Assembly: GCA_041498975.1 (NCBI GenBank)
Contig: JBGQJI010000025.1
Coordinates: 1 to 25,498 of the forward strand
DNA: 25,498 nucleotides
Origin: Candidatus Methylomirabilis sp.
GTDB taxonomy: Bacteria; Methylomirabilota; Methylomirabilia; Methylomirabilales; Methylomirabilaceae
Direction of reading: 5' to 3'
Positions 17,982-25,498 of the stretch are shown piece by piece. Below the pieces are notes generated by a model that worked only from the letters and a program-made list of their open reading frames with translations, had not been told where the DNA came from and made no database searches. Both the position numbers and the translations under genes were made by a program. Numbering within the stretch: position 1 is the stretch's first letter; the number at the start of each line of letters is the position of its first letter.

Positions 17982-18026
17982 CGGATACGACAGCTTGGGG
18001 ATGAAAAACTCCCCGGAGGCAGATAT

Positions 18027-19091
18027 CTATTGGTTGTCTGGCGATGAAGGAGAGGGCTTCGGGGAGATCGTGAGAGAGACCAGCACCTCGTTTGAGGCCG
18101 GCACCTCCAGCTCCTTTCCGAACACCTGCCCCAGCTCGGCGAGGAGGGCATCGAGGCGTGAGACCGCCTGGACCGGAATGATCAGAGACAGGGTGCGTTG
18201 GCCGGATGGCGTTGACTCGCCGGTGGCGGGCGCATCCAGTAGGCGACCACCGGCCTGTAGGGCCCACCCGCGAACCCGCTCGGCGGCGGCTGCCACGTCT
18301 GGAGTCCGGAGGCTCATGATTCGGAAGGGTGTGGGCGCGGGCTGCGCCGGCGCCTGGGCCGAGGGCTCACGCGATACCCCTGATTCAAGCCGCTCGATTG
18401 GCCGGCCCTCCTGCTGGGAAAGGACAGACGGCAGCTCGTTCAGCTTTCGGAGGGCGCGCGGCATCGTGCGCGTCGGCGGAGACGGAGGAGCGGGCAGGGT
18501 CCTCTCCGGAGAAGGTTGCTCGCTGGGCGTGGCGCCGATCGATTGCTGTGAATCAGCCTTGGCTTTAGGAGCCGATCCACCTGCTCGAAATTCCGGGGTC
18601 TGGGCGAGGGGAGGGGGGACTGGACGCTGTGGCTTGCCCCTCTGTTCCTCCCGCGCCACCAACTCCTCCATTCGCCTCGCATCGTTCCGCTCCAACTCCA
18701 TGGAGGTGGGGGCCTCCCGCAGGACAGGCTGTTCGACCACTTGCCGCATCTCGGGTGTGCGCTGGTAGATGAGCACAGCCCCGATCGCCAAGAGGACTAA
18801 AGCTGCCGCCTCAAGCGGCAGCTTGATATGCCAGGGCATGAAGAGCCAACGTGCCAGGCGGCGATGCCAAGGGGGGGTCTCGATGATCGCCCGGACGCGG
18901 GCGGCGAACCCGGGAGTTGGCTCGACAGCACCCAGGCCACGGAGCCCGTCGATCGCCTTCTGGAATTCGGCCCACTCCTGCCGACAGGCCAGACAGATCG
19001 CCAGATGCCGCTGCAGCTCGGCGAGCTCCTCGTCGCGCAGGTGTCCGTCGCGCAAGTCCGTGAATCGGTTCGTGACGTCGTGACAGTCCAT
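18027..19091 (-). CDS. Zinc-finger (zf-HC2) membrane anti-sigma factor
   Basis: MDC...HLAICLAC, one TM helix, Pro-rich linker and a C-terminal ferredoxin-like/DUF4349-like domain; directly follows the sigma gene. Confidence 0.9.
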   Translation of the reverse strand: MDCHDVTNRFTDLRDGHLRDEELAELQRHLAICLACRQEWAEFQKAIDGLRGLGAVEPTPGFAARVRAIIETPPWHRRLARWLFMPWHIKLPLEAAALVLLAIGAVLIYQRTPEMRQVVEQPVLREAPTSMELERNDARRMEELVAREEQRGKPQRPVPPPLAQTPEFRAGGSAPKAKADSQQSIGATPSEQPSPERTLPAPPSPPTRTMPRALRKLNELPSVLSQQEGRPIERLESGVSREPSAQAPAQPAPTPFRIMSLRTPDVAAAAERVRGWALQAGGRLLDAPATGESTPSGQRTLSLIIPVQAVSRLDALLAELGQVFGKELEVPASNEVLVSLTISPKPSPSSPDNQ

Positions 19092-19098
19092 GTGTCAC

Positions 19099-19722
19099 TC
19101 AGCGATAGGGTTTCAGCCGCTCCTTGAGTTCCATCCGCGCCCGGTGAAGGCGAGACCGGACGGTGCCAGACTCAAGCCCCAGGAGGCCGCCGATCTCCTC
19201 GTATGCAAGTCCCTGGATATCGCGAAGCACCAGAATGGCGCGATGCTCGGGTGTGAGCCGGAGGAGTTGCTCCTGGATCAAGCGCCGCAGATCGGCCTGC
19301 TCCAGGACCTGATCGGCCCCCGGAGCAGGGTCCGCGACCCGGTCCTCAACGGGATCAGGGTTGCCTTCCGCCCGTGTCGACCTGATCATCTCCTGAAGTC
19401 GAGGCCGGCGGCGTCGCGACTCCAGGCGGTTCAAGCAGTGGTTCGTGGCGATCGTGTAGAGCCATGTCGAAAAGGATGACTTCCGCTCGAACTGCGGGAG
19501 CGAACGATACACTTTGAGGAAAATCTCCTGCGCCATGTCCTCGGCCTCGGCGCGATCCCCCAGCATCCGGTAGGCCAGCGTAAAGACCCAGCCCTGATAC
19601 TTTCGAACCAGCGCCTCGAAGGCGCTGGTGTCCCCGGCGCTCGCTCTCTCGACGGCGGCCAGGTCTTCGTCGTGTTGGCGAGCTGCCGGTGTCTGCGCCG
19701 CTGTCGAGGTCTCCCCTGTCAT
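19099..19722 (-). CDS. ECF sigma-70 factor (RpoE-like)
   Basis: AEDMAQEIFLK, FSTWLYTIA, and region 4 YEEIG..GTVRSRLHRAR. Start position uncertain. Confidence 0.95.
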   Translation of the reverse strand: MTGETSTAAQTPAARQHDEDLAAVERASAGDTSAFEALVRKYQGWVFTLAYRMLGDRAEAEDMAQEIFLKVYRSLPQFERKSSFSTWLYTIATNHCLNRLESRRRRPRLQEMIRSTRAEGNPDPVEDRVADPAPGADQVLEQADLRRLIQEQLLRLTPEHRAILVLRDIQGLAYEEIGGLLGLESGTVRSRLHRARMELKERLKPYR

Positions 19723-19723
19723 C

Positions 19724-19752
19724 TCTGACCGGTATTCACGCCGTCCGGTTCC
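19724..19752 (-). promoter_or_regulatory. Candidate autoregulatory ECF promoter
   Basis: GGAACCG-16 nt-GTCAGA compared with the sigmaE-type GGAACTT-16-GTCAAA. Confidence 0.5.
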
Positions 19753-19911
19753 ACCACCCATTTCACCTGGGTTCCCCGCCGAAGAAGGTCCCTTCTTTCC
19801 CGACCCCCCCCTGTTGCCATCTCGAGGAAACCGCCCTTTCCACCCAGTATTCGGCATTCACCGAAAGGACGCAATAAAAACCCACAGTAGCGCAGCCAGG
19901 GCCGGAAAGAG

Positions 19912-19940
19912 TTGACATGGGGGTCGAATATGGCCATAGT
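19912..19940 (+). promoter_or_regulatory. Putative sigma70 promoter of dcd
   Basis: TTGACA-17 nt-CATAGT. Confidence 0.6.
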
Positions 19941-19976
19941 TGCTGAGGCATTTCCACCCCCAAGAAGAGGCTATAA

Positions 19977-20495
19977 ATGAGCATTCTCACGCATGATGAG
20001 ATCCTGAAGGAGATTGCGGCGGGACACATCCGGATCGAGCCGTTCGACCCGACGGCGGTCGGTCCGGCGTCGGTCGATCTCCATCTGGGATCGGAGTTCC
20101 GGGTCTTCCGCAAGGCCAGGGAAGTCATCCGGGTGACCGAAAACACAGACTACGAGACCGTGACGGAGAAGGTCCACGTGGCGGGAGGCCTGATGCTGAT
20201 GCCTGGGGAGACGGTGCTGGGGATCACGCTGGAGCACATCACCCTCGCGCCACATCTATGCGGATGGCTGGAGGGGAGGAGCCGATTTGCTCGCCTGGGC
20301 CTGCTGGTCCATGTCTCGGCCAGCTTCATGCAGCCGGGCATCGCCAACAAGCAATGTCTGGAGCTTAGCAATTTCAGCCCGATGCCGCTCGAGGTGACCC
20401 CCGGGCTTCCTATCTGCCAATTCATCTTCCAACGCACGATCGGGGAGGCCCGTTACACCGGTCGCTTCCGCAATCAGCGCGAGGGCAATTTCTAG
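19977..20495 (+). CDS. dcd: dCTP deaminase
   Basis: GPASVDLHL, LEGRSRFARLGL, LELSN and ICQFIF. Confidence 0.92.
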   Translation: MSILTHDEILKEIAAGHIRIEPFDPTAVGPASVDLHLGSEFRVFRKAREVIRVTENTDYETVTEKVHVAGGLMLMPGETVLGITLEHITLAPHLCGWLEGRSRFARLGLLVHVSASFMQPGIANKQCLELSNFSPMPLEVTPGLPICQFIFQRTIGEARYTGRFRNQREGNF

Positions 20496-20602
20496 TGCGT
20501 TTCCAACTGGTTACGCCACACAAATGGTGAGGCTAGGGAAGGCGATAGTTTTTCGGAGGGCTCCTGTTGGCGATTCGCCGCAACAAGCTGGAGCGGCACT
20601 AG
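20492..20602. mobile_element. MITE-like element with CTAG-ended imperfect inverted repeats
   Basis: CTAGTGCGTTTCCAACTGGTT versus the reverse complement of the right end CTAGTGCCGCTCCAGCTTGTT (16/21). Confidence 0.5.
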
Positions 20603-20625
20603 CGCGGGACGGATGCCGCCGCCCT

Positions 20626-20669
20626 GAAAAGAATGCGGCCCCTCAGAGATCACTCTGAGGGGCCGCATT
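20626..20669 (-). terminator. Intrinsic terminator of csp
   Basis: Perfect 17-bp stem AATGCGGCCCCTCAGAG / ATCA loop, followed by CTTTT on the minus strand. Confidence 0.85.
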
Positions 20670-20690
20670 GGTTCAGAACAGAACGTGGGC

Positions 20691-20897
20691 TTACTGTGCT
20701 GCTGTGACGTTGGCAGCCTGCTTGCCCTTCGGCCCATCCACGACGTCGAACTCCACAGCCTGCCCTTCATTGAGCGACCGGAATCCGGATCCAGAAATCG
20801 CGGAAAAGTGCACGAACACGTCGTCGCCGTCCTCTCGCGCGATAAAGCCGTAGCCCTTCGCATCGTTGAACCACTTCACGGTACCCGTGACTCGCAT
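20691..20897 (-). CDS. Cold-shock protein (CspA family)
   Basis: GTVKWFN, RNP1 KGYGFI, RNP2 VFVHF and [10 protein letters not shown]. Confidence 0.97.
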   Translation of the reverse strand: MRVTGTVKWFNDAKGYGFIAREDGDDVFVHFSAISGSGFRSLNEGQAVEFDVVDGPKGKQAANVTAAQ

Positions 20898-20944
20898 CAA
20901 ACTCTCACCCCCTTCCATTTTGAACTCTCGGGGCCTTGCCCCGA

Positions 20945-20987
20945 TAAACAAAAACCGCGAAAGCTTCATTCAGCAGCTTTCGCGGTT
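20945..20987 (-). terminator. Terminator-like hairpin in the csp leader
   Basis: 13-bp perfect stem AACCGCGAAAGCT/AGCTTTCGCGGTT followed by TTTGTTT on the minus strand. Confidence 0.65.
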
Positions 20988-21029
20988 CTCTCGACTTGCA
21001 CAACAAAAGCATGCTACGAAGACAGGCAC

Positions 21030-21058
21030 ACAGTACAGCCCGTCTATTCAGATGTCAA
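21030..21058 (-). promoter_or_regulatory. Putative sigma70 promoter of csp
   Basis: TTGACA-17 nt-TACTGT. Confidence 0.6.
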
Positions 21059-21103
21059 GAAGTTTTTTCGGCCCTCCAGCGTTCTTCGCGATTCACGCGG
21101 TGT

Positions 21104-21790
21104 TCAGGCCCCACCAGCCCTCCTGAAAGCCCGCCTGGCCCTTCGACCCCACGCTCGCTCCTCCTGCCTCCTGTACCACGGCGCGGCCCGGAATGCGTTG
21201 ACGGCCTCGCGAAGCACCTCAGTCGCCTTTTCGCGCTGGCCGGTCGCAAGGTAGCACTCTCCCAGCTTGTAGAGCCCCTCGACGCCGGAGCTGTAGATGT
21301 CCCGGAACGCCTCGTAGTGTGGGATCGCCTCCTTGTGCTCGCCGCGGGCGAAGAAATAGTCGCCGAGGCGTAGCTGGGGCTCGCCGTACCCGAATCGCGG
21401 GTTCAGTTCCAACGCGCGCACGATGTACCGCCGGCCTTGCTCCATGTCGCCAAGCGCCAGATGCGTCCATCCCAGGTAGAAGTTCGTGTCCGGCTGATCG
21501 TCGCACCGCGTGATCGCTTTTTCGAGATGCGGGAGCGCCTCGGCAAACCGGCCTTTCCGGGCGAGCATCTCTCCAAGATCGCTCCTGGCCTTCGCGTTCT
21601 CCGGATTGATGGCCAGCTCTGCCCGCAACTCCCGGATCCGGGCGACATCGCGCCATGCCTGCCGAAAGCGATAGAGCCGCCGGGAGTAAAGCAGATAGCT
21701 CCCGCCGAAGAGCAGGAGGATGATTGCGCCTGCAAGGATCGGGTTGCCCGTGAGCCAGGTCAGGAGCCAGAACAGGAGAAAGGTGCGCAT
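21104..21790 (-). CDS. Membrane-anchored tetratricopeptide repeat protein
   Basis: N-terminal TM hairpin followed by TPR helices (NPENAKARSDLG, ALELNPRF, GLYKLGECY). Confidence 0.9.
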   Translation of the reverse strand: MRTFLLFWLLTWLTGNPILAGAIILLLFGGSYLLYSRRLYRFRQAWRDVARIRELRAELAINPENAKARSDLGEMLARKGRFAEALPHLEKAITRCDDQPDTNFYLGWTHLALGDMEQGRRYIVRALELNPRFGYGEPQLRLGDYFFARGEHKEAIPHYEAFRDIYSSGVEGLYKLGECYLATGQREKATEVLREAVNAFRAAPWYRRQEERAWGRRARRAFRRAGGA

Positions 21791-21996
21791 ATGGTCTCTA
21801 CTATACCGGGCTGAGACGCCGATGCAACGGAAAACCGGCCAAGCGCCGAACCGACTATGTACCCCGGACCGACATGGGTGGGGCACCGTTTCAAAGACGA
21901 TCTTCGAGAAACTTTCGATTGGTTTCCGTCTGCGTTGTGCGTATAATCCCGCCCTATGGCAATTTTGTATCGCTCCCATCAGGCTCCCACGAGCCG

Positions 21997-24216
21997 ATGA
22001 CAAAGGCCGCCTCGCTCCTGCCGCAACTGCTCCTCCTGGCGGCGGCCACAGCGTTCCTGCTCTGGTACTGGCTGAAAGAGAATCGCCCGGACGCCTCCGT
22101 CGCACCGGGCGCCATTTCCGAGCGCCGCTTCGTCCTGGCGAGCTTCGTCAGCCTCTTCCTCGAACTCCTCCTGATCCGCTGGGTGTCGTCCGAACTGCGC
22201 ATCTTCGCCTACCTGAAGAATTTCGTCCTGATCGCCTGCTTTCTCGGGTTCGGGTTTGGGGCCTACCTGGCCCGCCGACGCGTCCAGATGTTGACCCCCC
22301 TCTGGGGCTGCCTCGCCCTCGCCGGCATCACCTGGTTTTCCCGGCGGCAGCCGGCGTCGCTCTTTGTCTGGATCTCGGAAGTGATGGGGGAATTCGAAGA
22401 CGTGACGATGATGGGGAAGACGGTCTGGCTGAGCGGCGCCGACCACGTGATCTCCCTGGCCCTCTCCTGCATGGCCGTCGCCAGCACCTTCCTCCTGCTG
22501 ACGCTCATCTTCATTCCATTCGGTCAGATCGTCGGGCGGTACCTGGACAACTCGCCCAATACGATTCGGGCCTACTCGCTCAACATCGCCGCGAGCCTGC
22601 TCGGGGTCTGGGCTTTCACTACGCTGGCGTTCTTTTCCACGCCACCCTGGGCCTGGTTTCTCATCGGCTTGCTGCTCTGCCTTGGCCTGGTCGGGGCGGG
22701 GGCGAGGACGGTAGGGTTCACGATCCTGGCCTCGCTCCTCACGGCGGCCTTCCTCCTGGAACCCAGCAGTCCGTCGGAGTGGACGATCTGGTCGCCCTAT
22801 CAGAAACTCCGCCTGACGGAGTCCCGCCACAAGGATGAGGCGGTCGCCTACGAATTGGAAGTGAACGGCACGTGGTATCAGCGGGCGCTGGACCTTTCGG
22901 ACGGCTACATCGCAACCCACCCGGAGCTGTTTGCCGGAAAGCGCCTGGAGTACGATCCGTACAACATCCCGTTCTTCTTCAAGCCTCGCCCTGGCCGCGT
23001 GCTCATCGTCGGCTCCGGGATGGGGAACGACGTGGCCGGGGCCCTTCGTAATGGGGCGGGTCATGTGGTCGCCGTGGAGATCGACCCGCAGATCCTGGCA
23101 GAGGGACGCCGCCTCCACCCTGAGCGTCCCTACAGCTCGCCGAAGGTCGAGGCGGTCGTCAACGACGCCCGAAATTACTTCAAACACGCCGACGAGCGAT
23201 TCGACCTCATCATCTTCGGCCTGCTGGACTCCCATACACTATCCTCCAACTTCGCGAACATCCGCCTCGACAACTATGTCTACACACAGGAAGCGTTCAA
23301 AGAGGCGAAGGGGCTGCTCCGCGATGACGGGCTGATCGTCGTCAAGTTCGAGGTGCAGCGCAGATGGCTTGGCAGTCGGATGCAGGGGATGCTCACAAAG
23401 GTGTTCGGGCGGCCTCCGCTTCTCTTCAGAGATGAGGAAGGCGTCGGAGCGCGGGCCTTCGTCTTCGTGGCCGGGAATCCGGAGCAGATTCGCGGAACCC
23501 TCGATGCAGGTCCAGAGCTTGCGAGGTTCGTCAAGGCCAACGCAATGACATATCCTCCCGAGTCGATCACGATGGCAACGGACGATTGGCCCTTTCTGTA
23601 TCATCAGGGACGGTACATCCCCAGGATCTACCTGATCTTCTCTCTGCTCCTGGCGGCGACGGCCGTGGTGTTCACGCGCGGGTTTCTCAGTGGAGGGGTG
23701 GGCCGGAACTGGCACTTCTTTTTCCTGGGTGCCGCCTTCCTCCTCCTTGAGGTCCAGATCGTCAGCAGGCTGGCCCTGTTCTTCGGCACAACGTGGATCG
23801 TCAACGCGATCGTCATTTCCGGCGTGCTGGTCATGATCCTCCTCTCGAACTTCGTGGTCGAGCGATGGAGCAGGTCGAGCTATCCGCTTTTCTATGCGCT
23901 CTTGCTCGCCTCGATCTGCGCAATCTACCTCCTCCCCCTGGACCGCCTGTTCCTGACATCGGAGCTGGCCAAGGGGTTCGTGGTGGGGGGCCTGTTCTGC
24001 CTCCCGGTTTTCTTCGCGGGCCTCATCTTCATTACCAGCCTCCGCGCAGTGCCCCACAAGGATGCCGCCTTTGGCGCCAACCTCCTCGGCGCGATCCTGG
24101 GCGGGTTCCTGGAAGCGGTCTCATTCATCACCGGGATGCGCGTCCTGCTCCTGTTCGCCGCCGGTCTCTACCTCATCTCGGCAGCAGCCCTGCCGCGTCT
24201 GCGTCAGGCCCTTTGA
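21997..24216 (+). CDS. Membrane protein with a central spermidine-synthase-like SAM-binding domain
   Basis: TM bundles flank WSPYQK, VLIVGSGMGND, AVEIDP, VVNDAR, FDLIIFGLLDSH and ATDDWPF. TATAAT at 21942. Confidence 0.88.
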   Translation: MTKAASLLPQLLLLAAATAFLLWYWLKENRPDASVAPGAISERRFVLASFVSLFLELLLIRWVSSELRIFAYLKNFVLIACFLGFGFGAYLARRRVQMLTPLWGCLALAGITWFSRRQPASLFVWISEVMGEFEDVTMMGKTVWLSGADHVISLALSCMAVASTFLLLTLIFIPFGQIVGRYLDNSPNTIRAYSLNIAASLLGVWAFTTLAFFSTPPWAWFLIGLLLCLGLVGAGARTVGFTILASLLTAAFLLEPSSPSEWTIWSPYQKLRLTESRHKDEAVAYELEVNGTWYQRALDLSDGYIATHPELFAGKRLEYDPYNIPFFFKPRPGRVLIVGSGMGNDVAGALRNGAGHVVAVEIDPQILAEGRRLHPERPYSSPKVEAVVNDARNYFKHADERFDLIIFGLLDSHTLSSNFANIRLDNYVYTQEAFKEAKGLLRDDGLIVVKFEVQRRWLGSRMQGMLTKVFGRPPLLFRDEEGVGARAFVFVAGNPEQIRGTLDAGPELARFVKANAMTYPPESITMATDDWPFLYHQGRYIPRIYLIFSLLLAATAVVFTRGFLSGGVGRNWHFFFLGAAFLLLEVQIVSRLALFFGTTWIVNAIVISGVLVMILLSNFVVERWSRSSYPLFYALLLASICAIYLLPLDRLFLTSELAKGFVVGGLFCLPVFFAGLIFITSLRAVPHKDAAFGANLLGAILGGFLEAVSFITGMRVLLLFAAGLYLISAAALPRLRQAL

Positions 24217-24341
24217 GCGCTTGACACCCTTTCATCGAACCCACCGCTGTCGCGCTACGATCGCGCGGTCCGCTGATTACCCTGCCTTGCGTGTCACCAT
24301 AGCAAAAGCACTAACCGTTGCTACATTGGCGGTCTTAGAGA

Positions 24342-24438
24342 TGTCATTGCGAGTGACCAACGGGAGCGTGGCAATCTCGCCGTTCTCATCTGCGCTATTG
24401 CGGGATTGCTTCAGTCACTTCGTTCCTTCGCAATGACA
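24342..24438. repeat. REP-like palindromic element (least decayed copy)
   Basis: TGTCATTGCGA..GCAATCTCGC / GCGGGATTGC..TCGCAATGACA. Confidence 0.88.
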
Positions 24439-24558
24439 CCCTATTTAGTGTGTTTGTATTCATTCGGCAGACGCACTGACCTTGGCGCCCGGTCCATCCA
24501 AGCTCTAATCGGATTATGCGGACCAGCATTTGTCGGCCACGGCGGGGTCCGGAGAACC

Positions 24559-24587
24559 TTGACAAGCCCTCGAAAACCCGAAAGAAT
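24559..24587 (+). promoter_or_regulatory. Possible sigma70 promoter for the methyltransferase
   Basis: TTGACA-17 nt-AAGAAT (weak -10). Confidence 0.4.
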
Positions 24588-24628
24588 CGCCGCAGTCGAG
24601 GGAGGCGCAAGGACCAAGAGAGGGCAGT

Positions 24629-25276
24629 ATGGTTAAGTGGTTATTAAAACTCATGCACAAACCAATCTACGAAAGGCGCCTTGCTGTCTTAGCAAACAAG
24701 ATCGTCCCTCACCTTGAAATGCATGACATGGTGCTGGACGTTGGCTGTGGTTCAGGAATGCTGGGCGAGGCGGTACTAAAGCACAGGGGTTGTCCAAACG
24801 GCGTTACTTACCAAGGCCTGGACAAATCAAAGAGGGGCGGAGAGCCAATTGAAGTGCTTGAATACAAGGCGAGACAGTTACCCTTCGTGGATCAGGCGTT
24901 TGATGTCGTAATATTGGCCGACGTGCTGCACCATGAAGAGCAAGAGGGTGTTCTGCTCGGCGAGGCAGCCAGAGTGTCTAAACGACTTCTGGTGGTCAAG
25001 GATCACAAGCCAGAGGGGTTCTTGGGATTCTGGCGGGTATGTTTCTTGGATTGGGCAGCGAATAATCCTTATAATGTGAAATGTCTGTACCGCTATCATA
25101 CGAAGGAAGAATGGCATGCCATGTTTAAGGGATATAGCCTTATTCCGCTCTCGGAAGAGACATCACTCGATCTCTATCCGCCGTTATTCAACTTCCTGTT
25201 CGGTAGGCGGCTGCAGTATTTTGCAGTGCTCCAAAGACGGAACAACGCCGAACAAAGCGCTGCAGCGGACGGCTAA
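24629..25276 (+). CDS. Class I SAM-dependent methyltransferase (cassette-like, lower GC)
   Basis: VLDVGCGSG and LPFVDQAFDVVILADVLHH; the 3' end runs into the attC site. Confidence 0.93.
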   Translation: MVKWLLKLMHKPIYERRLAVLANKIVPHLEMHDMVLDVGCGSGMLGEAVLKHRGCPNGVTYQGLDKSKRGGEPIEVLEYKARQLPFVDQAFDVVILADVLHHEEQEGVLLGEAARVSKRLLVVKDHKPEGFLGFWRVCFLDWAANNPYNVKCLYRYHTKEEWHAMFKGYSLIPLSEETSLDLYPPLFNFLFGRRLQYFAVLQRRNNAEQSAAADG

Positions 25277-25303
25277 TCGCCGCCGCTGATCTCCGCGTTA
25301 GAC
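25247..25303 (+). mobile_element. Integron attC recombination site
   Basis: R'' GCCGAAC, 5 nt, L'' GCTGCAGC, GGACGGC-TAATC-GCCGCC, L' GCTGATC, 5 nt, R' GTTAGAC; 57 bp. Confidence 0.85.
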
Positions 25304-25355
25304 GCGAGAACCGCACCAATTGATGACTGGGATTGCGTCGAAGGGAGGAACACGC

Positions 25356-25498
25356 GTGTCAGAGAAGGAACCGGTGCTGTATCAGAGAGAAAAGGGAATT
25401 GCCCGGATTATATTGAATAGACCGGAGGCCCTCAATGCCATGAACACGGACGTGCTTCAACGACTGGCGTCCCTCCTTGACACAGCAAGGGGAGATGA
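25356..25498 (+). CDS. Enoyl-CoA hydratase/isomerase (crotonase) family, partial
   Basis: Not in the ORF track. RBS GGAGG and GTG start; MSEKEPVLYQREKGIARIILNRPEALNAMN. Confidence 0.88.
   Translation, partial: MSEKEPVLYQREKGIARIILNRPEALNAMNTDVLQRLASLLDTARGD

Noticed and set aside
238..24224. Long antisense or overlapping ORFs (e.g. 238-975, 1169-2422, 17812-18768, 21720-22838, 21979-23235, 23239-24057)
   Set aside because: Shadows of real high-GC genes, with Arg/Pro/Gly-rich translations and no recognisable motifs.
3060..24438. CRISPR interpretation of the recurring ~30-nt motifs
   Set aside because: The copies are dispersed, inverted and variable, with no regular repeat-spacer array and no cas genes.

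Overview
GC-rich bacterial chromosomal window, most consistent with a Methylomirabilota (NC10/Rokubacteria-like) genome. That is an inference from gene content and cannot be proven here. It holds about 25 genes: a cytochrome-c-linked bd-like oxidase operon (cut at the left edge), an LLM/F420-type oxidoreductase, a fused SoxYZ-like carrier coupled to a Tat-exported FccB/SoxF-like flavoprotein, a small secreted protein, an AhbD-like radical SAM/SPASM enzyme with a PCP-reductase-like tail, a Zn-ADH, a MocR regulator, lhgO, a GYD protein, an EamA transporter, YbhB/YbcL, sixA, a lanpepsy-like tandem PepSY protein, a membrane protein, an ECF sigma/anti-sigma pair, dcd, a cold-shock protein, a TPR protein, a membrane-fused spermidine-synthase-like protein, a low-GC methyltransferase and the start of an enoyl-CoA hydratase. 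The non-coding DNA is rich: a canonical 57-bp integron attC site after the methyltransferase with no integrase in view, four nested REP-like palindromic elements, a heptamer inverted array, a CTAG-bounded MITE-like element, two gene remnants (ROK, DUF4139-like), several clear sigma70 promoters and a terminator-like hairpin inside the csp 5'UTR. All family calls come from motif recognition, not database searches.
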